Positions 42,810 to 52,171 of a stretch of DNA of 64,000 nt are shown one piece after another. The DNA lies in the NCBI GenBank assembly GCA_963785725.1, contig CAWAWS010000015.1, positions 128,001-192,000 of the forward strand. Reading direction: 5' to 3'. The stretch comes from an uncultured delta proteobacterium (GTDB lineage: Bacteria; Myxococcota_A; Polyangia; Palsa-1104). Each line of letters begins with the position of its first letter. Position 1 is the stretch's first letter. A model generated the notes under the pieces. The model saw only the letters and a program-made list of their open reading frames with translations, searched no databases and was not told the DNA's origin. Made by a program: the position numbers and the translations under genes.

Positions 42810-44201
42810 ATGGTCGTCTCCATTCCGCGACCCATAAAGACGAACGTGTATTCGCGACTGAGATCGAGACGTGCCCTGGTCGTCTCGATCCTGGTCTCGC
42901 TGTTGGCTTGCGACGTCGCGCAAGCGCAGCTGCCGCCGCCCGATCCCAACGCCGGCCAGCGCGCCGACGCCCGGATCGAGCCGGAAGAGGATCCGAACGC
43001 GGTGGCCTTGGCGCTGCCGCGTCTCCTCCTGTTGCCGCTGCGCGGGCTCGTGCTCGGCTTGGCGTGGCCGCTGAAAAAGTTCGCCGACTTCTCGGAGTTT
43101 CACCACACGATGCAGTGGTTCACCGACGCGACGACGACCTCCGACGGCAAGCGCGGCGTGCTCATCAACTTCGACTTGCAGGCGCACTTCGTCCCGTCGG
43201 CGGGCTTGACCTACTACGATCACAAGTCGCTCGGCCCCGACTCGACGTTGGAAGTGCGCGCCTCGGTCGGCGACAAAGAGATCGCCCAAGGCGGCATCTA
43301 CGTGCGGCCGCTGCGCAAGGCCAGCTGGACGCAGATCGACGGCCACTTCGACTTCATCCATCGCGACGACCAATACTTCGACGGCAGCGGCCCGCCCAGC
43401 AGCGCCACGGCCTCGCGTTATCGCCTCGACTCGCTCTACGCCATCGCCGGCTTGCATCGCCGGATCGCCTGGCCGCTCTACGTCGACTTGACCGGCGAGA
43501 GCGGCTGGAAACGCTTCGGCGACGGGCGGCAGTTCTACGAAGCCGGCCCCATCGGCGACCACTTTTGCGTGCGCGTCCTCGGCCGCTGTGAGTTCGGCAA
43601 CGTCGACAATCGCCTCGTCCCCGGCTTCGACTCGGGCACGCAGTTCATGCGCGGCTCGGCCACCGTTCGCGTCGACACCAACACGCGGCCGCTCGAGCCG
43701 CAAGGCGGCTTCTTCGCCAGCTTCACCGCCGACTACACGCACGGCATCTTCGGCGACGAGACGAGCTACTTCCGCCTTCATCCCATCTTGGGCGGCGTCA
43801 TCGATCTCTGGCACCGCAGCCACATCCTCATCTTGCGCGCCTCGGCCATCATGGTCGAGCCGGTCGGCCACTCGACCGTGCCCTTCTCCGAGCTGCCGGT
43901 GCTCGGCGATCCCGACGCGCTGCGCGGCTTCATCCTGGGCAGCGTCCGCGACCGGTCGCTGCTCGTGTATCGCGCCGAATATCGCTTCCCGATTTGGATG
44001 TACAGCGACGCCTTCGTCTTCGCCGATTACGGCGCCGTCTACAAACACAACTTCGCCGACTTCAACGATCGGCGCACCTACTGGGATCTCGGCTTCGGCA
44101 TTCGCGCCTATTCGCAGTCGCAGTTCTTCGTCCACCTCGGCGTCGCCTACGGCTTCGGCGGCGGTGGCTGGCAGTTTTACGTTCGCGGAGACGCCAAATG
44201 A
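42810..44201 (+). CDS. Omp85/BamA-TamA-like outer membrane beta-barrel without evident POTRA domains
   Basis: Signal peptide, amphipathic strands, LRGF (VRGF-like loop 6), AEYRFPI, FADYG, GFGIR; start uncertain. Confidence 0.8.
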   Translation: MVVSIPRPIKTNVYSRLRSRRALVVSILVSLLACDVAQAQLPPPDPNAGQRADARIEPEEDPNAVALALPRLLLLPLRGLVLGLAWPLKKFADFSEFHHTMQWFTDATTTSDGKRGVLINFDLQAHFVPSAGLTYYDHKSLGPDSTLEVRASVGDKEIAQGGIYVRPLRKASWTQIDGHFDFIHRDDQYFDGSGPPSSATASRYRLDSLYAIAGLHRRIAWPLYVDLTGESGWKRFGDGRQFYEAGPIGDHFCVRVLGRCEFGNVDNRLVPGFDSGTQFMRGSATVRVDTNTRPLEPQGGFFASFTADYTHGIFGDETSYFRLHPILGGVIDLWHRSHILILRASAIMVEPVGHSTVPFSELPVLGDPDALRGFILGSVRDRSLLVYRAEYRFPIWMYSDAFVFADYGAVYKHNFADFNDRRTYWDLGFGIRAYSQSQFFVHLGVAYGFGGGGWQFYVRGDAK

Positions 44202-45823
44202 GCCGCCGTTTCATCGCGCTCTTGCTGCTCGCGTCGGCCTGTCACCACTTCAACCACGTGCGCTTCGAAGACCGCGCCATCTTGTGGCACTGGCCCGACG
44301 ATCGCCCGATTCCGCTGCCGAAGACCGAGCGGCTCGGCATCTACTGGGAAGGCGTGCGCGACGCGGTGATCGCGCCCGCCGATCGCGTGCTGTCGATCGA
44401 AACGGCGAGCGAAGCGGGCGACGTCAACGCGCTCGACGAGGCGCCCGATTCGACCTGGTTCCACGATCGGCGCCGCGTCGAGGGGCAAGCGCGGCCGCGC
44501 CGCTTCAGCGCCGACGAGATGGCGATGGGCGCGCTCGGTCCCGATGACGCGCCGGTCTTGCCGCTGACGGTGACCGAAGGCAAAGGCATCGGCGCGACGC
44601 CCGGCTTCGTCGCCACGGACGCGCGCGGCGTGAAGTACCTGGTGAAGCTCGATCCCTTGGAATATTTGGGGCTGACGACGCAGACGGAGCTGGTGGTGAC
44701 GCGTCTGGCGTGGGCGGCCGGCTGGCTCGTGCCCGGCCTCGCTATCATCGACATTCAGCCGGACACGCTGCTCTTGTCGCCCAAAGCCTACGCGAAAGAC
44801 AACTACGGCGAGAAGCAGCCGTTTACGCACGAGCACCTGGCGAAGATGGTGCAAAAGATGCCGCGCAACAAGCAGGACGGCAGCGTGCGCATGCTCGTCA
44901 GCCGCTGGCTCGAAGGCGTCAACATCGGCGAATTCGCCTACAAAGGCCGGCGCCGTGACGATCCCAACGACGTCATCGAGCATCAGCAGCGGCGCGTATT
45001 GCGCGCGTTCGGCGTCTTCTGCTCGTGGGTCAACAACGTCGATACGCTGCAGAACAACACGCTCGACATGTACCAAGGCAAGCCGGGGCAAGGCCACGTC
45101 GTCCACTACGAGCAGGACATCGGCGGCTCGTTCGGCAACTTCGCCGGCGTGCCCGAGGCGTATTGGAGCGGCACCGAGACGTTCTTCGACGCCAGCCTGG
45201 TCGTGCGGTCGTTCTTGACGCTCGGCTTTTGGCCGCGCCCGTGGGATGACGCCGAATATCGCGCGCGCAAAGACGCCCTGCGTAACCAGTGGCCGGAGAT
45301 GGGTAACTTCGACGCCGAGCGCTTCGTGCCGCGCAAGTGGGAGCCGGCGATCGAGAACGCGGCGTTCGTGCGCATGACCGAGCGCGATCGCTATTGGGGC
45401 GCCAAGCGCATCGTCGCCATCGACGGCAACGAGCTGCGCGCGGCCGTCGGCGCCGGCAAATACCGACCGGACGCGAGCGAGCACCTGTTCGACATCTTGT
45501 GGAAGCGGCGCCAGCTCATCGCGCACGACTTCTTCTCGCGCATCGCCGCGCTCGACCACTTCGCGCTCGACAAAGCCGGGCGCAGCCTGTGCTTCGACGA
45601 CTTGTGGATCGAAGCCGGCCTCGGCGGCGAGAACGCGACGGCCTATCGGAGCGATCCCGACGTCGTCGTGCGCGATCGTTGCCTGCAGCTGCCGGCCGGG
45701 GTCGGCTATCGCATCGTGTCGCTGGCCGCGCGGCGACCGGGCGAGCGGCACTTCGGCGCCGCCGTCCGCGTACACGTCGTGCAGGAAGCCGGCAAGAGCC
45801 GCATCATCGGCATCGAACGTTGA
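44198..45823 (+). CDS. Hypothetical lipoprotein with atypical kinase-like motifs
   Basis: ATGA overlap with upstream gene; lipobox LASAC; GKGIGATPG, YLVK, TELVV, NNVDTLQNN, QDIG. Confidence 0.75.
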   Translation: MSRRFIALLLLASACHHFNHVRFEDRAILWHWPDDRPIPLPKTERLGIYWEGVRDAVIAPADRVLSIETASEAGDVNALDEAPDSTWFHDRRRVEGQARPRRFSADEMAMGALGPDDAPVLPLTVTEGKGIGATPGFVATDARGVKYLVKLDPLEYLGLTTQTELVVTRLAWAAGWLVPGLAIIDIQPDTLLLSPKAYAKDNYGEKQPFTHEHLAKMVQKMPRNKQDGSVRMLVSRWLEGVNIGEFAYKGRRRDDPNDVIEHQQRRVLRAFGVFCSWVNNVDTLQNNTLDMYQGKPGQGHVVHYEQDIGGSFGNFAGVPEAYWSGTETFFDASLVVRSFLTLGFWPRPWDDAEYRARKDALRNQWPEMGNFDAERFVPRKWEPAIENAAFVRMTERDRYWGAKRIVAIDGNELRAAVGAGKYRPDASEHLFDILWKRRQLIAHDFFSRIAALDHFALDKAGRSLCFDDLWIEAGLGGENATAYRSDPDVVVRDRCLQLPAGVGYRIVSLAARRPGERHFGAAVRVHVVQEAGKSRIIGIER

Positions 45824-45876
45824 CCCGTCAGTAGCTTCGCCGCCGCGCAGATGCGATGATGGCGCCGGGAGGGATC

Positions 45877-46299
45877 ATGAGACGACGAGCGTTCCTCGCT
45901 GCAGGTGCAGGCATTGTCGCCGCCGCGACGTCACTGAAGGCGCAGGCGGCGCCCGCCAAGCCGGCAGCCGCCGGCAGCATGTCCGGCGTCGCCGACGCCG
46001 CCAGCGACTGCGTGCGCAAAGGCGAAGTCTGTCTGCAGCATTGTCTGGCCATGTTGGCGACGGGCGATCAGTCGATGGCCGCCTGCTCCAAAACCGTGCG
46101 CGACGTGTTGGCGACGAGCCGCGCGCTCGAGACGCTGGCCGCCACCAACGGCCCGCACGCGCTGGCGATGGCCAAAGTCGCCGCCGACGCGGCGCGCGAC
46201 TGCCAGGCCGAGTGCGCCAAGCACGCGCAGCATCCGCCGTGTAAAGAGTGCGGCGACGCCTGCGGCCGCCTCATCGCCGCCATCGCCAAGCTGGGCTGA
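45877..46299 (+). CDS. Tat-exported four-helix-bundle copper storage protein (Csp1-like)
   Basis: MRRRAFL twin-arginine signal; CxxxC and CxxCxxxC spacing. Confidence 0.82.
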   Translation: MRRRAFLAAGAGIVAAATSLKAQAAPAKPAAAGSMSGVADAASDCVRKGEVCLQHCLAMLATGDQSMAACSKTVRDVLATSRALETLAATNGPHALAMAKVAADAARDCQAECAKHAQHPPCKECGDACGRLIAAIAKLG

Positions 46300-46315
46300 G
46301 CGCCGGAGACGTCGT

Positions 46316-46990
46316 TCAGAGGCGGAAGCGCATGACGCCGGTCAGCGTCGACAAATCGCCGCCCGAGATGCTGTCGATCTTCGAGAAGCTCTCGCCGAAC
46401 TGGAAGTGATAGGTCGCCTCGATGGCAAAGCTGACGTGCCACGTGATCGGCACCTCGAGCCCGAACCCGACCGGAATCGCCGGCTCCGTCGTCGAATTCA
46501 GCCCCGACAAGGCGCGCGCGTCGCGTGCGCCCATCAGCTGGAAATTGTAGACGCCCACGCCCGAGAACACGTACGGCCGCACCCACGGCACCGGCAGCGT
46601 CAAGCGCACGATGAAGTCGCCCGACGACAGCACGTAGTTGACGTCGCCGCCGACGGTGACGCTGCCCTTGCCGTCGAGCCAGGCGCCGAAGTAGCGCGCC
46701 TCGAAGCCCAGCCACGACAGGACGTCGACGCCGAGGCGCACGCCCCACGCCGGACCGGCGCTGGTGACGCTGCCGACGCCGTCGTCGAACGCGAACGGAT
46801 GGCCCTCCTCCAAGTGGCCGCCGCCGAACTCGAAGCCCCAGGTCAACATCGGGCGGCGATGCGGCCGGCGCCAGCACTGACCGACGCCCATCCAGTTGTC
46901 GCGGCAGTAGTATTCGTCGTCGGCGCGCGCGCGGCCGGGCAAAACGAGGAGCACGAGCAAGGTCGAGAGGATGACGATTCGTGCGCTCAC
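46316..46990 (-). CDS. Small outer membrane beta-barrel protein
   Basis: Signal peptide, amphipathic strands, VRPYVFSGVG, C-terminal MRFRL. Confidence 0.78.
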   Translation of the reverse strand: MSARIVILSTLLVLLVLPGRARADDEYYCRDNWMGVGQCWRRPHRRPMLTWGFEFGGGHLEEGHPFAFDDGVGSVTSAGPAWGVRLGVDVLSWLGFEARYFGAWLDGKGSVTVGGDVNYVLSSGDFIVRLTLPVPWVRPYVFSGVGVYNFQLMGARDARALSGLNSTTEPAIPVGFGLEVPITWHVSFAIEATYHFQFGESFSKIDSISGGDLSTLTGVMRFRL

Positions 46991-47104
46991 GAAGTGTCCT
47001 TTCGCGTCGAGCCAGCGAGCGCCGCCACCCGATCCGAACGGCGCGCGCTCGCACCCCAAGACATGAGCGCCGAGCGCGTCGTTTCAAGCCGCCGCGCGGG
47101 AAAT

Positions 47105-47362
47105 TCAGTCGTCGTCGGCTTCGAGCAGCTCGTCGACGATGGCGTGCGCGATGAACGCGGCGGCTTCCGGCGGCTTGGCGCACACGTCCGCGGCCGCCTC
47201 GGCGACGACGAATGACCAGCGCCGATGCCCGCGCGCCCACTCGACGAACGGCGCCGCCTGCCCGCCGACCGCCGCCGCTGCCAGCCGCCAGCCGTCGCGC
47301 GCCCAGCCGTCGCGATCGCTGCGCGCCTGCGCCAAAAGCCGCGCGATCAGTGCCTCGAACAT
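47105..47362 (-). CDS. Small hypothetical protein
   Basis: Fills gap between co-oriented genes; plausible composition. Confidence 0.45.
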   Translation of the reverse strand: MFEALIARLLAQARSDRDGWARDGWRLAAAAVGGQAAPFVEWARGHRRWSFVVAEAAADVCAKPPEAAAFIAHAIVDELLEADDD

Positions 47363-47378
47363 AGAGAGAGAGTAGCGG

Positions 47379-48560
47379 TTAAAGCGCGGTGCCGGCGGCA
47401 AAGTCGGCGCGAACGGTGGTCTGCACCTTCGCCACTTCCGAAGGCGCGCCGATGACGAGCCCGAGCTCGCGGTTCATGTTCAGCGAGTTGTCGGTGAAGT
47501 TCTCCGAGCCGACAAAGGCGCGCACGCTGTCGATGACGATCGCCTTGGCGTGCAGATAGGGATTGGCCAGCTCCACGACCGGGATGTTGTGCGCCTTGAG
47601 CGTCGTCACCGCCGACTGCTGCGCCGACGTCAGCGTGTTGTTCGGCAGCGCGATCTTGACGACCACTTTGGCGTCTGCCCGCGCCGTCAGCGCATTGACC
47701 ATCTGCGTATCGCTCAGCTCTTCCACTTCCAGATCGATCGTCGAGGTCGCGCCTTGAATCAGCGTCACCAGCTTGCTCTGCGAGTTCGTCGGCGACACCA
47801 ACAGCGGCCCCGTCGTCGTCGCCGTGGTCATGGCGTAATCGGACTGAAAGATCGACTCGGCTTCGGCGACATCGGTCGGATCGGTGTCGATCGCCAGATA
47901 CTCGCGGTTCGTCTGCGCCGACGACTGCGTGGCGTTCATCGTCATGATCCACGCCGTCGTCCCGTCGAGGATGACGCACTTTTCGTGCGTGTAGACGAAC
48001 GCCGACGACGACCACACCGTGGGCACCGCCGGCGACGCCGTCGTCAAGGTCGTGTAGCTGGCCGCGTTCGTGGCGCTCGCCGCCGTGCCCGACGGAAACG
48101 TCGTATTGAGTATGACTTTGACGTCGAGCCCCGCCTTCTGCTTGGCGATGAGCGCGTTCATGATCTTCGTGTTCGTCAGCAGATACATCGTCATGTGGAT
48201 CGACTTCGTCGCCGCGTTGATCGCGTTGATGAGCCCCTGCGTGTTGTCGCTCGGCTCGACGATGATCGTGACCGACGAGGTCGTGCCCACGCCGCCGCCG
48301 TCGGAGGTCACCGGCGTCATCGCCATGTCGCCCGGCGTCTCCGGCGAACCGCCGCCGCCGCCGTTGGAACCGCCGCCACCGCCATTGGAACCGCCGCCGC
48401 CACCGCCGGCCTCGCCGCCGCCGCTGCTGATCGCGTCGTGCGTCGTCGTGCAGCCGGCCGCCATGCACGCGAACGCGAAGATGAGGCCACCGGCGAGCAG
48501 ACAGGCGACGGCAAAGAGCAGCCCAGCGATGCCTTTGGAGCCCAAGCTTCGATCTCTCAT
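47379..48560 (-). CDS. Phospholipase D superfamily lipoprotein
   Basis: Two HKD motifs (HEKCVILD, HAKAIVID...GSEN), NRE motifs, Gly-rich linker. Confidence 0.9.
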   Translation of the reverse strand: MRDRSLGSKGIAGLLFAVACLLAGGLIFAFACMAAGCTTTHDAISSGGGEAGGGGGGSNGGGGGSNGGGGGSPETPGDMAMTPVTSDGGGVGTTSSVTIIVEPSDNTQGLINAINAATKSIHMTMYLLTNTKIMNALIAKQKAGLDVKVILNTTFPSGTAASATNAASYTTLTTASPAVPTVWSSSAFVYTHEKCVILDGTTAWIMTMNATQSSAQTNREYLAIDTDPTDVAEAESIFQSDYAMTTATTTGPLLVSPTNSQSKLVTLIQGATSTIDLEVEELSDTQMVNALTARADAKVVVKIALPNNTLTSAQQSAVTTLKAHNIPVVELANPYLHAKAIVIDSVRAFVGSENFTDNSLNMNRELGLVIGAPSEVAKVQTTVRADFAAGTAL

Positions 48561-48723
48561 GCTGTTGGCTAATGGCCCGAGCGCGCCCTTTCCTTCACGA
48601 AAATGTCACTAGCGCGCCCGTTTGGCTGCAACTCGCCGTCCGCAGCCATAGCGTCATTCAGTGCAAACGACTGTTCGCCCACGCCGCTCGCGCGGCTGTT
48701 TACGCGCGGCCGGCTCGACGCGG

Positions 48724-48873
48724 CTAAACAGTGTCGCGTGGCTTGAGAGACAAGCGAGAGACAAAGGAGGGAGCGAGGAGCCGGCGCAGCATACGTTTTG
48801 GTATGTGAGCAGGCACCGCAGCGCCGGACGCTGGATCTCGCGATGGATCACAAGCCACGCGACACTGTTTTAG
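48724..48873. mobile_element. 150-bp non-autonomous MITE / ERIC-like element
   Basis: Terminal inverted repeats CTAAACAGTGTCGCGTGGCTTG and CAAGCCACGCGACACTGTTTTAG; central CATAC-N6-GTATG hairpin. Confidence 0.7.
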
Positions 48874-49916
48874 CTGACCGCGCGGCTCGGCGTGCGCTCG
48901 GCGAACGCGTGCGCGACCAGCTCGTAGGAGCGCAGTCGGGCCGCGGCTTCGTAGGCGTGCGTCGCCACCATGACCTCGTCGGCGCCGCTCTTCTGCGCCA
49001 GCGCTTCGATTTGCGCACGCACGCGCGCCGGCGTGCCGACGATCTGCACGCGCCGATAGAACGCCAGCGCCGCCTGCTCGTCGGGCGAGAACACATGCGC
49101 CAGCGCGTCGTCGGGGCTCGGCAGGCGACCGGGGCGACCGGCGCGCAGCTCGGCGAAGGCGACGCGCATCGACGCCGACATGCGCTCGGCCTCGCCGTCG
49201 CTGTCGGCGCAAAAGACCGAGAGCGCCAGGATCGCGTGCGGCCGCTGCAGCGCGCCCGGCACGAAGCGCTGCCGATAGAGCCGCATCGCCGCTTCCGGCG
49301 GATCGGGGCTGAAGTGACCGGCGAACGCGAAGCCGAGGCCGAGCTCGGCCGCCAGCCGTGCCGAGTAGTCGCTCGAGCCGAGCAGCCACACCGGCGGCAG
49401 CGGCACGTCGTCGGGCATGACGTGGATGCGCGCGAACGGATGGCTCGGCGGCAGCGTCCCGGCGCCGTATCCGCGCAGTTCCTCGAGCTGCTCGACGAAG
49501 TCGTCGGCGCCGAGCGCGGCCCGCGAGCGGCGCAGCGCCAGCGCAGTCAGCCCGTCGGTGCCGGGCGCGCGGCCGATGCCGAGGTCGATGCGACCGGGCG
49601 CCAGCGCCTCCAATAAACGATAGGACTCCGCAATCTTCAGCGGCGAATGATTGGGGAGCATGACGCCGCCGGCGCCGAGCCGAATCCGCGACGTCTGATG
49701 CGCCACGTGCGCGATCATGATCTCCGGCGCCGTCGTGGCGATGCCGGGCATGTTGTGATGCTCGGCGTACCACAGCCGCTCGTAGCCGAACGCCTCGACG
49801 CCGCGCGCCAGCTCCACCGACGAGCGCAGCGCGTCGGCGCTGGAGTAGCCGCGGCCGAGCGGCACCAAGTCGAGCACCGACAGCGGCAGGCGAGGGCGCG
49901 CGTCGGGGCCACTCAT
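48870..49916 (-). CDS. LLM-class flavin-dependent oxidoreductase (YhbW-like)
   Basis: LSVLDL, WYAEHH, RLGAGGVMLPNHSP, GRIDLGIGRAPG, WLLGSS. Confidence 0.93.
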   Translation of the reverse strand: MSGPDARPRLPLSVLDLVPLGRGYSSADALRSSVELARGVEAFGYERLWYAEHHNMPGIATTAPEIMIAHVAHQTSRIRLGAGGVMLPNHSPLKIAESYRLLEALAPGRIDLGIGRAPGTDGLTALALRRSRAALGADDFVEQLEELRGYGAGTLPPSHPFARIHVMPDDVPLPPVWLLGSSDYSARLAAELGLGFAFAGHFSPDPPEAAMRLYRQRFVPGALQRPHAILALSVFCADSDGEAERMSASMRVAFAELRAGRPGRLPSPDDALAHVFSPDEQAALAFYRRVQIVGTPARVRAQIEALAQKSGADEVMVATHAYEAAARLRSYELVAHAFAERTPSRAVS

Positions 49917-50105
49917 CGCGCCACCTCCACCGACGTTCGCTGCCCGCTTCCTGCTCGACCCAAGCGCATCCGTGCCTCCTCGCTCGTCAATGTGCGGAGG
50001 CGAGCCGACCGCCGCAACGACATCTTCGGGCGCGGCGACGCATTCCTGACGCGCTGGGGAATTCCGCTGTGGCTGTCGTAACCAATCAGAAGTGGAATTC
50101 GTTGG

Positions 50106-50161
50106 GTGAATTTATATTCACATTTCGAATTGACAGTACGTCATAGTGAATTCATATTCGT
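50106..50161 (+). promoter_or_regulatory. Sigma70 promoter with two operator-like palindromes
   Basis: GTGAATTTATATTCAC (50106-50121), GTGAATTCATATTCGT (50146-50161); TTGACA (50130-50135), 17 nt, CATATT (50153-50158). Confidence 0.7.
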
Positions 50162-50182
50162 CTTCGGAACGGAGGTTCACAG

Positions 50183-50860
50183 ATGCGAGACGTCGAATCC
50201 CCTGCGCGCCGCAAGCCCGGCCTCCGCGCCGAAGCCAAAGAGATCTTTCGTGACGCCATCTTACGCGCCGCCGAGGAAGAGCTGGCCGAGCATGGCTTTC
50301 ATGCCGCCCGCATCTCCGACATCGCCAAGCGCGCCCGCGTCGGCGTCGGCACCGTCTACAACCACTTCGCGCAGAAGGAAGACATCGTGCGCGCGCTGTT
50401 GTTGGAGCGGCTGCCCGACGTCATCGACGAGCTGGCCCCGCGCGCCGGCGACCCGAGCGACTGGGTCGGCTCATTTCGCGCGCGCATGGACCGCATGCAC
50501 GCGTACATCGAGGCGAATCGGCATTTCTATCTGGTCGGCTGCCAGATCGGCCTCTTCGGCCGCAGCGCCAACGCCGGCTCCGACGAGATCCCGAGCTCGT
50601 ACTCCGATCCGCGCGTCGCTCGGCTCATCGGCACCGTCGAAAGCATGATTCGCGAGGGCATCGACGCCGGATTCATCGCCGGCGATCCCGTGCGCCTGAC
50701 GCGCTTCCTCATGGGCGGCACGAAGAGCCTCTTATTGGGCGCCATGTCCGAAGGTGCCGTCCGCTTCAAGCCCGAGGGCGATTTCGCTCTCGACCTGTTT
50801 TTGAAGGCCGCCAGCTGTCCCGCGGCCGCCAGCACGGATCCGCACAAAGGAGAACGTTGA
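50183..50860 (+). CDS. TetR-family transcriptional regulator
   Basis: GFHAARISDIAKRARVGVGTVYNHF; GGAGG RBS. Confidence 0.92.
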   Translation: MRDVESPARRKPGLRAEAKEIFRDAILRAAEEELAEHGFHAARISDIAKRARVGVGTVYNHFAQKEDIVRALLLERLPDVIDELAPRAGDPSDWVGSFRARMDRMHAYIEANRHFYLVGCQIGLFGRSANAGSDEIPSSYSDPRVARLIGTVESMIREGIDAGFIAGDPVRLTRFLMGGTKSLLLGAMSEGAVRFKPEGDFALDLFLKAASCPAAASTDPHKGER

Positions 50861-50861
50861 T

Positions 50862-52130
50862 ATGTCCACCGCATCGTCCAATTCCTTGACCGCCGCCGAG
50901 GCTTTGCCGCTGCCGCCGCCCCCGACGGTCGAGCGCCGTCCGGTCGACGCCGACGCGGCGCCTGTCGAAAAGAGCGGGTCGAAGCGCATGGTGGCCATCG
51001 GTTTGGCCGTGCTGCTCGTCGGTGGCGCCGGGGCGTGGTGGGCGATGACGCGCGGCCTCGAGGACACCGATGACGCGCAGCTCGACGGCGACGTCGTCAA
51101 CGTGCCGGCGCGCACGAGCGGCGTCATCACGGCCGTGCACTTCGCCGACAATCAGACGGTGAAGTCGGGCGCGCTCTTGGCCGAGATCGACAGCGCGCCG
51201 GCGACGGCGAAGCTGGCGCAGGCAGAGGCCGAGCTGGCCTCGGCGCAGGCGTCCTTCGAGTCGGCGGCGGTGCAGGCGCAGCTCACGGGCACGAACGCGC
51301 GCGGCCAGCGCTCGGCGGCGCAAGCGTCGCTGCGCGGCGCCAAGGTGAACATCTCGACGACGCAGCAGCAGATCGCGGAGGCCGACGCGCAGCTGGCGGT
51401 GGCGACGGCGAACTTCAACAAGGCGCAGATCGATCTGACGCGCGCCAACACGCTCTTGCAGGCGAACGCCGTGCCGCAAGCGAACGTGGACTCGGCGAAG
51501 GCGGCGTTCGACGCGACGCAGGCGGCGGTGGCGCAGGCCAAGGCGCGCGCGGCCAGCGTGCGCTCGTCGACGGACGAAGTGGCGGCGCGCATCTCGGAAG
51601 CGAGCGCGCGCTTCACGCAGGCGGCGACGGTGCCGCAGCAGATCGCCGACGCCGACGCCAAGGCGAAGGTGGCGGCGGCGCGCGTGCAGACGGCCAAGGC
51701 GTCGCGCGATCTGGCGGCGCTCGAGCTGTCGTACACGAAGATCTTCGCGCCGCGCGACGGCGTCGTGTCCAAGCGCGCCATCAACGTCGGGCAGATGGTG
51801 ACGCCGGGAACGTCGATCGTCGCGCTCGTGCCGACGACGGAGCTGTGGGTGACGGGCAACTTCAAAGAGACGCAGCTTACGCACATGAAGCCGGGGCAGA
51901 AGGCGACGATCGAAGTCGACGCCTATGACATCAAGCTCGACGGCGTCGTCGACAGCTTCTCGGCGGCGACGGGCGCGCGCTTCACGCTGCTGCCGCCGGA
52001 CAACGCCACCGGCAACTACACGAAGATCGTGCAGCGCGTGCCGGTGCGCGTCGCGATCAAGAACCTGCCGACCGGGCTCATGTTGCGACCGGGCCTGAGC
52101 GTCGATCTGACCGTCGATACGCGTAACTAG
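50862..52130 (+). CDS. emrA: HlyD/EmrA membrane fusion protein
   Basis: EDTDDAQLDG, NFKETQL, LLPPDNATGNYTKIVQRVPV. Confidence 0.92.
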   Translation: MSTASSNSLTAAEALPLPPPPTVERRPVDADAAPVEKSGSKRMVAIGLAVLLVGGAGAWWAMTRGLEDTDDAQLDGDVVNVPARTSGVITAVHFADNQTVKSGALLAEIDSAPATAKLAQAEAELASAQASFESAAVQAQLTGTNARGQRSAAQASLRGAKVNISTTQQQIAEADAQLAVATANFNKAQIDLTRANTLLQANAVPQANVDSAKAAFDATQAAVAQAKARAASVRSSTDEVAARISEASARFTQAATVPQQIADADAKAKVAAARVQTAKASRDLAALELSYTKIFAPRDGVVSKRAINVGQMVTPGTSIVALVPTTELWVTGNFKETQLTHMKPGQKATIEVDAYDIKLDGVVDSFSAATGARFTLLPPDNATGNYTKIVQRVPVRVAIKNLPTGLMLRPGLSVDLTVDTRN

Positions 52131-52171
52131 TCGCGATTTTTACCGCATTAGACCGTAGAAGGAGCCGCACC

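Noticed and set aside
42381..44135. N-terminal extension making a 1145-aa thaumatin ORF
   Set aside because: Antisense to the Omp85-like gene; the real start with RBS and lipobox is at 42380
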